Virus record (IMG/VR): IMGVR_UViG_3300034069_000021
Span: 1-64,000 of that record
Source of the DNA: a virus
DNA length: 64,000 bases
Strand: one strand, 5' to 3'
Made by a program: the position numbers and the translations under genes. The notes beneath the pieces were generated by a model. It worked only from the letters and a program-made list of their open reading frames with translations, had not been told where the DNA came from and searched no databases. Below, piece by piece: positions 28,201 to 36,722 of the stretch; position 1 is the first letter of the stretch, and each line of letters begins with the position of its first letter.

Positions 28201-31200
28201 GGCGGCTCAGGCCCGAGCGGAACCGACTGTTGAGCGCGTACACGCCCGCCGCCCCGCCGATGCCGCGCACGGCCTCGGGGATCAGCACGCCCTCACCGGG
28301 GGCCAGCACCGCGTTCACGATGTCTCGGCCCGGCGCGTAGCCGGGGATCACCATGCCGTCAGCGCCGCCTGGGCGCGGCGGAAGGGCGAAGGGGTCTCGG
28401 GGTGCCCCGCTGGGCGTCTGGAAGCGTGGCGGCGCGCCAGGAGGCGGCGCGGGGACCGCTGGGAGCGGGAGCGTGCCGGTGTTGCGGAACAGGTCGCCGT
28501 AGACCTGGCCGAGCACGCCGAGCTTGTTCAGCGTGTCCTGGTACTGGGCGGCGTTGACGCTGACGCTGATGGTCTTGTCGTTGTTGTTCTTGACCTCGAT
28601 GCCGATGGCGCGGAGCTGGTCGAGCACGGCCTGACTCAGCGGCGCGGCGACCTGGATCTGCTTCTGGTTGTTGGTCGAGACCTCGACGCCGATGTTCCGC
28701 AGGATGTCGAACACCGCCTGCCCGCCGGGCATGTCGATGTTGATCGGGACGTCGCGCGGGATGGCGGCGAACGCGTTCTGCACGTTGACCGCCGCCTGCT
28801 CCAGCCCGACGCCCATGGACGTGCTGAGCGTCTGGAGCAGCGGCGCGGCGATCTGCGCGTTGTTGGCCATGCCCAGCGTGTTGTCGCGGATGCTGGCCAG
28901 CTGAGCCGCCGCGATCTGCCCCGCCGGGCCGAGGGCCTGGAGGCGTCCCACCAGCGCGTCGAACTGAGGCTGAGCGCCGGTCACAATGGTGGACATCTGC
29001 TCGGTGGTCTGGCCGACCTGGCTCAGTGCGTCAGCGATGCCCTTGAGGGTGCTGTCGTCGTACGCGCCCGCCAGGCGGTCGGGAATGGCGTTGATCTGCT
29101 CACCGACGGCGGCGATGGTGCTGGCGTCGATGGCTCCACCGCTGGCGTTCAGCGCGTCGTTCGCGGTCTTGATGGCCTGGCTGTTCTGGGCCATGGCGTT
29201 GCGCGAGCGGTCCAGGGTCTCGGCCAGCTGCGCCTGGGCGTTCGCCGCCGCCTCGGCAGCCGCCTTGTTATCCGACAGGAGGTAGTTGATCCCAGCCAGC
29301 GCGGTGCCGACGCCGCCGCCGATCACGGCCCCGAGGGCGGTGCCCAGGCCGGGCACGACCGAGCCGATGGCCGCGCCGGTCAGCGCGCCGCCGCCCACCG
29401 TGCTGAGCGCGCCCATGAGCTGGCCAGCGATGTCGTCGGTGTCGGAGGTCAGGCTGGTGATCGAGCCCGCCGCCAGGAGGCCGAGACCGGCGGTGCCACG
29501 GCCCGACCCGAGCGCCCCACCGATGGCCCCGATGCCGCGCCCGGCCCGCTGAGCCTTGGCGGGCAGCGCGTCCAGCACGCCGCTCATCCGGCTCAGGCCC
29601 GAGGTCAGCGTGGTGATCATCGTGATGGACTTCCACGCCAGGAACCCCACCAGCACGGCCTGGGTCAGGCCGGGGATGGCGGTCAGCGCCTCGGTGATGC
29701 CACGGAGCACCGGCAGCAGCACGGACGTCCAGGTCTTGCTGGCCTCGTAGACGTCACCCAGCAGCTCGGCGAAGTTCTGGAGGATCGGCAGCCACTGAGC
29801 GGCCTGCTCGCGCCCCTCGCGGAAGAACTTGGCGATGCTGGCCTGGCCCGACGCCGAGCCGGTCAGGTCGCGCAGCTTGCCGGTGGCCGACTCCAGCCAG
29901 GTGAGGAACCCGCCCTGGTCAGCGCCCGCCGCCTGGGTCAGGTTCGTGACCACCTTGATGAGGCTCAGGCCCGACTCCCCGAGCTGACGGAGGCCGGTGA
30001 TGCCCTGGTTGATCCACTTATCCAGCCGACCGTCGCCGTCCACCTTGGTGATCCAGGCGTCGAACCGGCTCGCGACACCGGCCAGCCCGTCACCGAGGCG
30101 CGGCAGCACGTCGGACCCGGCGGCGGTGAGCGTGCCGAGCGCGTGAACCAGCGGCTCGATGGCGGCGTTCGCGCGGGTCTGGCCCTCGGCGGTGTTGCCG
30201 AAGATCCGATCCATGAGACCGAGGTTGCTGTCCCGGCCCAGCGCGCCGGTCAGCGTCTTGAGGGTGCCGTTCCAGGCGGTGGCCACCTTGCCCATGCCGC
30301 CCTCGACGCGCGGGAGCGCCTTGTCGGCCAGGCCCTGGAGCGACTGGTCGAACCCGTCGAGCATCTTCCCGGCGATGTTCTTGCGGAACTCCAGCAGCGG
30401 GCCTCGGTTGAGCTTGGCCATGGTCTCTGCCACCGCGACGGTCGCCGGGTGGAGATCCTGCATGGCCTCCTTGGCCTTCTCCAGATCCTTGGGGTCGCCG
30501 GTCTTCATCGCCTCGGACAGCGCCGAGGTGGCCTCGCCCAGGCCCTTGAACCCGAGCACGGCGGTACCGACCGACGCCGCCGCGCCCGCGAAGATGCCGG
30601 GCAGCGCGAGACCAGCCTGGGCCAGCTGCTGGACGCCGCCGACCACCTGGATGAGCGCCGCCGACGCGGCAGGGAGAGACCCGATGCCCAGCGCGATGGC
30701 GTTGACGCCTACCGGGCTGGTGATGAACCGACCGCCGCCGCCCTGGCCGGTGAACAGGTCACCGGTGGCCGTGCGCCGGGGCGGGGGTGCGCCGCTGGAC
30801 GCGCCGCCGGTCGCGGGAGCCGCGCCGACGGGCACAGCCGCGTTCGCCGCCCGAGCGGCGGTGTTCTTGATGATGGCGGCGGTCTGCCGCTCGTAGGCGC
30901 GGGTGACGGCGTTCAGCTGGCGCGCGGTCACCGCGCCCGCCGCCTGAGTCTTGGCGGCGGTCTTGGTCTGCTCGTTGCCGATGTGCTCGACGGCCTCGGC
31001 CACCGCCTTGGCACCTGCGGTCTGGGCGGTGCTGGCCTTCTCGCTGGCGCGGGCGGTCTGGTCGTACTCGCGCTGGACCTTGTTCAGCTCGGCCTGGACC
31101 TTGGCCAGCGCCGGGCCGATGGCGCGCCGGACGGCCTCACCGAGTCGGGAGGCCAGGTCGTCGGCGTCGAGTTCGACGCCAAGACTGATCTTCCCTACAT

Positions 31201-31207
31201 CGGTCAC
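25217..31207 (-). CDS. Tape measure protein with NlpC/P60-like domain
   Basis: 1996 aa, Ala/Gly-rich. NlpC/P60-like motif GGKYVWGGSDLAKGLSDCSG (Cys codon near 27371-27373). Two ..D(I/S)VxAxLxPGExVL.. motifs. Confidence 0.9.
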   Translation of the reverse strand: MTDVGKISLGVELDADDLASRLGEAVRRAIGPALAKVQAELNKVQREYDQTARASEKASTAQTAGAKAVAEAVEHIGNEQTKTAAKTQAAGAVTARQLNAVTRAYERQTAAIIKNTAARAANAAVPVGAAPATGGASSGAPPPRRTATGDLFTGQGGGGRFITSPVGVNAIALGIGSLPAASAALIQVVGGVQQLAQAGLALPGIFAGAAASVGTAVLGFKGLGEATSALSEAMKTGDPKDLEKAKEAMQDLHPATVAVAETMAKLNRGPLLEFRKNIAGKMLDGFDQSLQGLADKALPRVEGGMGKVATAWNGTLKTLTGALGRDSNLGLMDRIFGNTAEGQTRANAAIEPLVHALGTLTAAGSDVLPRLGDGLAGVASRFDAWITKVDGDGRLDKWINQGITGLRQLGESGLSLIKVVTNLTQAAGADQGGFLTWLESATGKLRDLTGSASGQASIAKFFREGREQAAQWLPILQNFAELLGDVYEASKTWTSVLLPVLRGITEALTAIPGLTQAVLVGFLAWKSITMITTLTSGLSRMSGVLDALPAKAQRAGRGIGAIGGALGSGRGTAGLGLLAAGSITSLTSDTDDIAGQLMGALSTVGGGALTGAAIGSVVPGLGTALGAVIGGGVGTALAGINYLLSDNKAAAEAAANAQAQLAETLDRSRNAMAQNSQAIKTANDALNASGGAIDASTIAAVGEQINAIPDRLAGAYDDSTLKGIADALSQVGQTTEQMSTIVTGAQPQFDALVGRLQALGPAGQIAAAQLASIRDNTLGMANNAQIAAPLLQTLSTSMGVGLEQAAVNVQNAFAAIPRDVPINIDMPGGQAVFDILRNIGVEVSTNNQKQIQVAAPLSQAVLDQLRAIGIEVKNNNDKTISVSVNAAQYQDTLNKLGVLGQVYGDLFRNTGTLPLPAVPAPPPGAPPRFQTPSGAPRDPFALPPRPGGADGMVIPGYAPGRDIVNAVLAPGEGVLIPEAVRGIGGAAGVYALNSRFRSGLSRRYYADGGVEPHLGTGALPGPPPVIGPETELSVLIQIRDLLGGKGGAASNPLAATAANTATAAQAATDTSGTTMGPFGTPLKKRGDPGYEMAAAALQALGADPEKWIGADPSTYVAPGMGVGQLPGVTGAGLPVNYAAQAAALAAFAKSGDLADVAGLGLNANDPIITALTSARNKKKGGLEDDQIAGLVDQVLGQGGYGGVLDETNTPLVKSLTRYREQLMKQQGLDPNSLTGGALAPSTAAPGTGMAGAVVDLAQRSSGGKYVWGGSDLAKGLSDCSGAVSDLVELITKGQAGPERLFATGSARDVLTKLGAVEGAVPGALQIGWSDTHMRSTLPNGVAFESGGGTGQGATYGGNAQGAEGMPNIMSLPVGALPPGFMDSMTGGAGGGANALGYSGGGPVPVYIVAGPNGGMPPGMDQILGAGLGAAGGAAGTVATDITGAIAGLGQESWRKRAPAAGLDQLIDERNPLALAEAMGFNVQDFSRAGGAFDQDQVQKNEEGYDASGRLFSDTAGLMDRTFSSLQAQLGAMREQLVDVITQVQQRLEEQALEPVIKAGMQNALESLKDSVSTAIGSALGNAAAPPIADAVSGAVSQLPIDTSGAGNVGNGLAGVVAQGFAGGGPVSGGQAGKDSVPAMLMPGEYVLNTAQVARMGGFSQIDNIASKGMRRYATGGGVIGNDAVGAEFFGVSEVPILGAIVNLIIRTLLQVIGVEIESRDTLNEMTDEFRGFRGDAFKAFDAQGRLLNDTSGLIERTQSSTETAAEERIRILKIVIQAIIKYIIEKVIVPITKAVANAAIQAGASAAGAAVNTQAPGAGGIVSSLISSAGQAGVEIAAEIGTDFALAMSEQLINVVAEGLQSAAPDLVSNVFGGGLLAGLFDPAGGFLTTLVGGLFGAFAGLFGGLFGGASTLIPGIPFDQGGMATGKGLMLKDVDADELVLKPVETDLFTRFVKALENGGFGGGRTNHVSAPITVIGGGRETAEQVSDRLVRLMS

Positions 31208-31234
31208 CTGGTCAGGCTATCCGATGGATGACCG

Positions 31235-31915
31235 CTACTCGGACTTGTCGGCCTCGACACTGGCCGTCACGATGGCGTTGAACAGCTCGCCCACGGTCTC
31301 GACGTCATAGGCAGAGTCGTCGGGGTCCATCAGGCGGGAGAACACGCGACCGTAGCTCTCGGGGCTCAGGTGGCGCGCGATGAACAGGCCGGTCAGGTCG
31401 TTCTTGACGCCGAGGCTGACGTACTTGGAGCTGGCCAGCGAGAACGCCGCCAGGGCCTGCTTCTGCGGCAGCCGGACGCCGAGCAGGTCACCCTCGAACT
31501 CCAGAAAGTCATACGGCCAGGTCTCGTCCGTGTCCTTGGTGACGTCCCACTTCTCGACCAGGGCCACGGCGGTGCCGGTGTCCTCGGGAGCGGCCTCGGC
31601 CTCAGCCGCCGCCAGCTCAGCGCGCAGCTTGGCCAGCCGGGCCTGCTTGGCGTCGGCGTCCTCGGGGTCGGGGGCCACTCGGGCCACCGCGCCCTCGGAG
31701 CGGGGCTCACCCTCGCGGAACGGGCGGGCCGGGTACTCGTCGTCGTCGTCGTCGCCGTTGACCTGGGCCACCTGGTCCTCCACGGGAACCGGCACGACCT
31801 CGCCGGGCTCGTTGTCGCCGTAGGGGTCGGGGTCACGCTCGGTCAGATCAGCCGGGGGAGCCAGCTGGTCCGAGTCGTCGGTGATCATCTTGCCGCCAGC
31901 GCCAAACGTAGCCAT
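31235..31915 (-). CDS. Tail assembly chaperone-like protein with acidic N-terminal extension
   Basis: ATG 31915 with an AGGAGA SD; lies directly upstream of the tape measure. C-terminal half is chaperone-like. There is no room for a T frame. Confidence 0.6.
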   Translation of the reverse strand: MATFGAGGKMITDDSDQLAPPADLTERDPDPYGDNEPGEVVPVPVEDQVAQVNGDDDDDEYPARPFREGEPRSEGAVARVAPDPEDADAKQARLAKLRAELAAAEAEAAPEDTGTAVALVEKWDVTKDTDETWPYDFLEFEGDLLGVRLPQKQALAAFSLASSKYVSLGVKNDLTGLFIARHLSPESYGRVFSRLMDPDDSAYDVETVGELFNAIVTASVEADKSE

Positions 31916-32011
31916 GTGTCTCCTGAGTCCCGAAGCCGAGTTCACGGTGGGCCGGGTCCGGCAGAACCCGGTGACCACCTCACGACCGAGGGTAGCACCG
32001 AGTTATCCGAC

Positions 32012-32425
32012 TCAGTGGACGCGCGGGTCGCTCGCGACGACTCGGTGAGCGGCATTGCGCAGGAACGGGCGGGCGCGGGTGCCGGGGTGCCAGACGCTCT
32101 TGCGGAAGATCACGCGCCCGTGCCAGACGAACCTGAGCGCGTCGGCGCTGCGGGCGGCGATGCGGTGAGGTCGGCTGCCTTCGTGAACCGCCGCCGCGTA
32201 ATCGGCGGTGGCCTCGACGCCGCCGCTCACGTGGAAGGGCCGGTACACCTGGGGCATCTCACCGATGGTTCGCCCGAGGTTGCCGGTGCGAACGGGGACG
32301 TCGGCGCGGGCCTGGTTGGCGATGCGCCGGGTCAGCGAGCGGTGGAACGCCCTGAGGTCACGGCCCGACTCGCGCTCCAGCGCCGCCTCGTCAATCTCGA
32401 CGCGGGCATGGATGCGCGCGGTCAT
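32012..32425 (-). CDS. HK97 gp10-like head-tail joining protein
   Basis: Motifs VPVRTGNLGRTI .. ADYAAAVHEGS .. RPFLRNA. Confidence 0.6.
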   Translation of the reverse strand: MTARIHARVEIDEAALERESGRDLRAFHRSLTRRIANQARADVPVRTGNLGRTIGEMPQVYRPFHVSGGVEATADYAAAVHEGSRPHRIAARSADALRFVWHGRVIFRKSVWHPGTRARPFLRNAAHRVVASDPRVH

Positions 32426-32745
32426 CAGGCGTCGGCGGTCTCGGGGTTGATCGTCCGCTCCCAGAGCGCGACCAGCTCGTTACGGCCCGAGCCGTCGCCC
32501 TCGGCGGGGTAGTCGACGCCCTGGCTGGTGAGGAACGCCTGCCAGTCCTTGGTGCTGGCGTTCGGGCTCGGGGCCTCGGGCAGCGGCGGGGCCTCCAGCT
32601 GGCCGGTCTCGGCGTCGACCACGTTGACGTAGCCCTGCTCGATCAGGAACTTCACGGTCGGGTCGTCGTCTCGGACGTCCATCCGGTCACCGCGCGCCAG
32701 GAACGCGCTCGGGAGAATGCTGCCCTCGACGGTGATCTTGGCCAT
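32425..32745 (-). CDS. Hypothetical virion protein
   Basis: 106 aa. GAGGAG SD. Confidence 0.65.
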   Translation of the reverse strand: MAKITVEGSILPSAFLARGDRMDVRDDDPTVKFLIEQGYVNVVDAETGQLEAPPLPEAPSPNASTKDWQAFLTSQGVDYPAEGDGSGRNELVALWERTINPETADA

Positions 32746-32755
32746 GACTCGCTCC

Positions 32756-33304
32756 TCAGTAGCTCGCGTAGATCACGCCCGACCAGGCGATGATCCCTCC
32801 CTCAGGACCATACGGGACCAGGGTGTCCGTTCCGACCTTGTGATCGTCGCTGACCAGGGTCTTCGCTGCCCGGCACAGCGCGTTCTCCAGCCGCCAGGCC
32901 ACGTCCATGCTGACCTCGGCCTCGCGGGCCAGATCCTCAAACTTGGGCGCGCGGTCGGGCCGGTCACTGATCACCGCGCACCACGCCACGCCGACCTCGA
33001 CCGGCATCACCCTCGGCAGCGAGCACGGGTTCTGGTCCAGGGCCTCGCGGGGGAACGTGGCCGACCGGTACCGGCGCATGGCCCGCACCCAGACGAACGG
33101 CTCCTTGCAGCCCGACTTGCCGCCCTTGGCGTGACTGTCCCAGGCGGCGAGCGGCGCGCCGTCACCGGCCAGGAACCGGACGTTCTCGGTCGCGCCGACC
33201 AGCGGGCCACACTGCTCACGCGGGCCGAACTCCACGGCCATGGCGTCGGACACCGCCGCGATGATCTCCATGGCCGGGTCAGTCCGGCATACGGGCTCGG
33301 TCAT
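32756..33304 (-). CDS. Hypothetical protein (head-tail joining region)
   Basis: ATGA overlap start at 33304 (internal to ORF 32756-33469). Confidence 0.6.
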   Translation of the reverse strand: MTEPVCRTDPAMEIIAAVSDAMAVEFGPREQCGPLVGATENVRFLAGDGAPLAAWDSHAKGGKSGCKEPFVWVRAMRRYRSATFPREALDQNPCSLPRVMPVEVGVAWCAVISDRPDRAPKFEDLAREAEVSMDVAWRLENALCRAAKTLVSDDHKVGTDTLVPYGPEGGIIAWSGVIYASY

Positions 33305-34050
33305 CGCACGCTCGGCGCAGCCATCAGCGCGTTCGGGTTGACCGAGGCCAGCCACAGATCGACCTCGGGGAGGCCGGTCTTGCCGGACTTGTAGATCACC
33401 GCCGGGTCGTAGGCCCGGTACGTCACGCCCTGGCGGCTGGCGGTGGTCACGGTGCGCGGCAGGCGGCACTCGCCGTCGTCGTGCAGCGCGGTCTCGATCT
33501 CCTTGGCCAGCAGGCCGGTCAGCGCGCCGACGCCCGCCGGAACGGGCCGACCTCGGAGGTACGTCACCGCCCAGGTGTTCGCCTCACCGAGGGGCTTGCC
33601 CATGTCCTGGCCGGGCCAGTTGCCGCCGATCCGGTAGAGCGCGTTGCCCTCCAGCCGGTAGCCGACCTCGGGCAGCTCGACGCCCGCCACGACCACGCTG
33701 GTGACCTCGGAGGCAGGGCCGGGCAGATGGACCACCCGAGGCCCGCTGACCGTGCAGCGCGGGCCACAGCCACACGGGACGCCCACCCAGCCGTAGCCCT
33801 CCCAACTGACCAGGTAGCTCGTCACGGTGGCGTCACTGTCGCGGGCGCGGGTGCGGACGCCGCTCGGGCACGGCCTCACGGTCACGGTCTCGTAGCCGAA
33901 CTGCCGACCGCTCAGGTAGTGGATGATCGCGGTGGCCATGGTCTCGGCCCCATTGCGCTCCAGCGCCGCCCTGATCCACTCGGGCGTCACCGGATCAGGC
34001 ATGTCCGGCAGCGGGTCCGTCACGCGGTCGATGGGCCAGTGGATGCTCAC
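33301..34050 (-). CDS. Hypothetical protein, possible head-to-tail adaptor
   Basis: GTG 34050 chosen because the ORF-track N-terminus MSRVSQ only translates the promoter palindrome. The function call rests on position and weak resemblance. Confidence 0.45.
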   Translation of the reverse strand: MSIHWPIDRVTDPLPDMPDPVTPEWIRAALERNGAETMATAIIHYLSGRQFGYETVTVRPCPSGVRTRARDSDATVTSYLVSWEGYGWVGVPCGCGPRCTVSGPRVVHLPGPASEVTSVVVAGVELPEVGYRLEGNALYRIGGNWPGQDMGKPLGEANTWAVTYLRGRPVPAGVGALTGLLAKEIETALHDDGECRLPRTVTTASRQGVTYRAYDPAVIYKSGKTGLPEVDLWLASVNPNALMAAPSVR

Positions 34051-34089
34051 CAGGTCAGGGTAGCCCGAGGCGGTGCGTGAACGTAGGAC

Positions 34090-34118
34090 TTGACTTACCC
34101 GACTCACTCGGGTAACTT
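34090..34118 (+). promoter_or_regulatory. Promoter-operator cassette
   Basis: TTGACT (34090-34095), TA, CCCGACTCACTCGGG (34098-34112), TAACTT (34113-34118). Leader hairpin at about 34132-34146. Confidence 0.7.
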
Positions 34119-34165
34119 AGTTCTTGTCAGCGCGGGACCGGCCCGCCAGACAGAGAGGCCAGACC

Positions 34166-34429
34166 ATGATCACCACCGCCACCGAGATTGACCGTGAGTT
34201 CCGCGTTGCCATCGCTCACACCGAGGCCAGCACCGCCGAGGTCCGCATGGCCCGCGCCCTGTTCGACGTCAAGGCCCTCGACGCCCGCCCCGATACCGTG
34301 GCCGACGCGCTCAGCGCCGCCGCCCGCCTGGACGCCATGGGCCTGCTGCCCAGCCAGGTTCGCCGCCTGTACGGCAACGGTGGCCAGATGCACGACCTGG
34401 TGACCGAGGCGGTCGCCGCCGTCCGCTGA
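34166..34429 (+). CDS. Small hypothetical protein, antisense-embedded in the virion block
   Basis: 87 aa with its own cassette promoter, a GAGAGG SD and a terminator. Confidence 0.7.
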   Translation: MITTATEIDREFRVAIAHTEASTAEVRMARALFDVKALDARPDTVADALSAAARLDAMGLLPSQVRRLYGNGGQMHDLVTEAVAAVR

Positions 34430-34445
34430 GCCCCGACAACCAGAA

Positions 34446-34472
34446 CGGCCCCGGTCAATATGACCGGGGCCG
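34446..34472. terminator. Bidirectional terminator
   Basis: 12-bp stem CGGCCCCGGTCA / TGACCGGGGCCG between convergent genes. Confidence 0.7.
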
Positions 34473-34496
34473 AACTGCTTCGCTGATGGGACCAGA

Positions 34497-35303
34497 CTAC
34501 GCGGCCTGGGCCGGGGCGACGTCGATGGGCTCGGCACCAGCCGGGCCACCGTAGTAGTAGTTCTCGCCCGTGAACAGCGTGCTCGTCGCCAGGGCCACCG
34601 GCTCGTTGCCGGGGGTGACCTCGGGCGGCGCGATGGGCGTGCGGAACGCCGTCAGGTGCTCCTTCTTGGTGGTCGGGTTGATCAGGCGGCGCGGGGAGCC
34701 GTCGGCAGCCGGGGCCACGTTGTACGGCCCCATGCCCCACGCGGGCATCGCGATGGTGCGCCCGGTCAGGGTGAACGTGGAGACCGTCGCGCCGATGCTG
34801 AGGTCACCGGGGATCCACTCGGTCGCGCCGAACAGGAAGTACCCGTACGACCGGCCCGAGCCCGGCGCGGCCAGGTACTCGTCCGTGGTCGGCGGCTCGT
34901 CGCAGTCGTCGTCCATGCGACCGGCGGTCCACAGCTCGATGGCGATGCCGTACTCGGTCTCGACGTCCTTCTGGTCGCGGAAGCCGATGGGCGCGGGAGT
35001 GGCCCCGAGGTCCAGCAGCGTCTCCCAGCCGGTGAACATGGACACCAGGCCGGTGTTCACGTTGCACAGCTCGATGGCCGGGGTGTACCAGCGGCGCTGA
35101 GGCGGGGTGCGGTCGGTGAAGCACTCCTTGCCCTCGGCGTTGTCCTGAGTGAGGTCCACCGCCTCCTTCATCACCGCCGTCAGCGTGGCGCTGACGTAAC
35201 CACTGGTGACGATGCGGTTGCGGGGACCGGCAATCGGTCGGCCACATGCGTCGATCTTGGTCGCGCGGAGTCGCGTGCCCTTGACGGGCTGGATGCCAGG
35301 CAT
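34497..35303 (-). CDS. Abundant virion protein, putative major tail protein
   Basis: Strong AGGAGG SD, its own 85-nt upstream gap, and a terminator just downstream. No other candidate major tail gene is present. Function is not motif-proven. Confidence 0.35.
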   Translation of the reverse strand: MPGIQPVKGTRLRATKIDACGRPIAGPRNRIVTSGYVSATLTAVMKEAVDLTQDNAEGKECFTDRTPPQRRWYTPAIELCNVNTGLVSMFTGWETLLDLGATPAPIGFRDQKDVETEYGIAIELWTAGRMDDDCDEPPTTDEYLAAPGSGRSYGYFLFGATEWIPGDLSIGATVSTFTLTGRTIAMPAWGMGPYNVAPAADGSPRRLINPTTKKEHLTAFRTPIAPPEVTPGNEPVALATSTLFTGENYYYGGPAGAEPIDVAPAQAA

Positions 35304-35388
35304 ATCTGGTCATTCCTCCTGGGTCAGGCACATGGTGCCGAGTCGGTCTCCGAAGCTGCTGCTGACATTAGGCCAGCACCGTGCAGGT

Positions 35389-35721
35389 CTACCGAGACCG
35401 CACGTCGTCCAGCCGGTCCTGGTAGGGCTCCAGCTCCTCGGGGGTCGCGCCCTTGCGCCGGGCCAGCCCGATCAGATCCTGAGCCAGCTCGATCAGCGCC
35501 GCCCGAATCACGCCGAGCTTGTCGCGGTCGGCGGTGACTCGGCTGGTGACCCCGGCGGCGTCCTCGAAGGCCCCGGCCACGAATGTCCGGTACGCCTGGT
35601 ACGCCTCGGCGCTGCCCTTGGTCTTGGTCGACTTGCGGGTGTTCAGGAAATGCAGCAGCGCCGCCACACCGGCCAGGAACCCGGCCCCTCCGATCATCTG
35701 GAGGATGAGCGCCGCCGTCAT
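35389..35721 (-). CDS. Single-pass membrane protein (paralogue of 59890-60285)
   Basis: ATGA overlap start. N-terminus MTAALILQMIGGAGFLAGVAALLHFLN..SAEAYQAYRTFV. Confidence 0.65.
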   Translation of the reverse strand: MTAALILQMIGGAGFLAGVAALLHFLNTRKSTKTKGSAEAYQAYRTFVAGAFEDAAGVTSRVTADRDKLGVIRAALIELAQDLIGLARRKGATPEELEPYQDRLDDVRSR

Positions 35722-36227
35722 GGGCGGGTCAGCCGTCGAAGGGCGCGGATGATGTCTCGGTCGCGGAAGAACGACCAGAGCCAGAACACGATGCCCATCC
35801 AGGTCCAGAGGGCCGACGGCATTCGCCCGTTGTAGTCGATGGTCGACACGATCTGGATGGCCATGCACGTCTGGAGCGCGATGAGCCCGATCAGCTCAAG
35901 GGTCAGTGACCGCTGTAGCTTCTCGGGGTCGATCTCGGGAACATCACCGTTGACCGTCGCCGCCCACGCTGCCCAGGGCGACGGGGTGTCCCCCTCGACC
36001 AGGTACAGGCCCCAGAGCGCGCACACCGCGCCCACCAGCTGGAACCCGACGAACGTCCAGTCGAACCAGCCCGTGTCCGAGGTGGCCGTGACCGACTGAG
36101 GCGCGCCATAGATCAGCTGGAGCACCGCGCTGATCCCGGCGGCGATCAAGACCAGCCGGTACAGCGGCGTAGGAACGAATCGCGTGTGGGACAGCCATCG
36201 GCCCACCCGCTTGGTGACGCGCGCCAT
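35718..36227 (-). CDS. Multi-pass membrane protein
   Basis: Internal ATG 36227 (TGATG overlap). Several hydrophobic helices. Confidence 0.65.
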   Translation of the reverse strand: MARVTKRVGRWLSHTRFVPTPLYRLVLIAAGISAVLQLIYGAPQSVTATSDTGWFDWTFVGFQLVGAVCALWGLYLVEGDTPSPWAAWAATVNGDVPEIDPEKLQRSLTLELIGLIALQTCMAIQIVSTIDYNGRMPSALWTWMGIVFWLWSFFRDRDIIRALRRLTRP

Positions 36228-36706
36228 CAGCCAGCCGATCCCTTCCAGTGGTGCCGTCGGCCCTTCCGACCGGCCCAAGCCAGCCGGGACCGGGCCAGGA
36301 ACAAGAGCGAGACCACGCCGTACACCAGGGCTGGCGGCAGCGCGCTCACGTTGTCGTTGCCCACCACCTCGACCAGGAACGTGACCATGAACATCGACAG
36401 CATCAGCGCCGTCAGCAGCGTCAGAATGAACACGCAGCGCCGACGATCCATCCGTGCGGAAACGATGGTCCCCACGCCCAAGATCACGAACACCGTTCCC
36501 CACGACTGAGGTGCCCAGGGAACCCCGAGCGCCGTGCCGTAGACGATGTTCCCCGCCCACAGCCTTTCGCCGTAGACCCATGTGAGACCTCCGTACATCA
36601 GCGGTAGGAGGCCGAGCAGGACCGTGGCGGTACGCACGAAGTCCAGCAGCCGCGTGTGCTCAGCTGCCAGTCGGTCGGCCAGTCTCAGCCGCTCGGCCTG
36701 ATTCAT
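36227..36706 (-). CDS. Multi-pass membrane protein
   Basis: 159 aa with about 4 hydrophobic helices and high GC3. Confidence 0.7.
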   Translation of the reverse strand: MNQAERLRLADRLAAEHTRLLDFVRTATVLLGLLPLMYGGLTWVYGERLWAGNIVYGTALGVPWAPQSWGTVFVILGVGTIVSARMDRRRCVFILTLLTALMLSMFMVTFLVEVVGNDNVSALPPALVYGVVSLLFLARSRLAWAGRKGRRHHWKGSAG

Positions 36707-36722
36707 CAGTGATGACCCGTTA

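Noticed and set aside
31208-31234. Searched for a -1 frame T extension between the TMP-proximal chaperone gene and the TMP.
   Set aside because: Only 27 nt separate the two genes, and no overlapping open frame exists there. The frameshift signature is found instead at 15019-15704.
32003-32018. Degenerate cassette-like sequence TTATCCGACTCAGTGG overlapping the stop of the gp10-like gene.
   Set aside because: Only the left half-site is retained and the right arm (TCGGG) is lost, with no -35. It may be a decayed copy or chance, and I cannot support it as functional.
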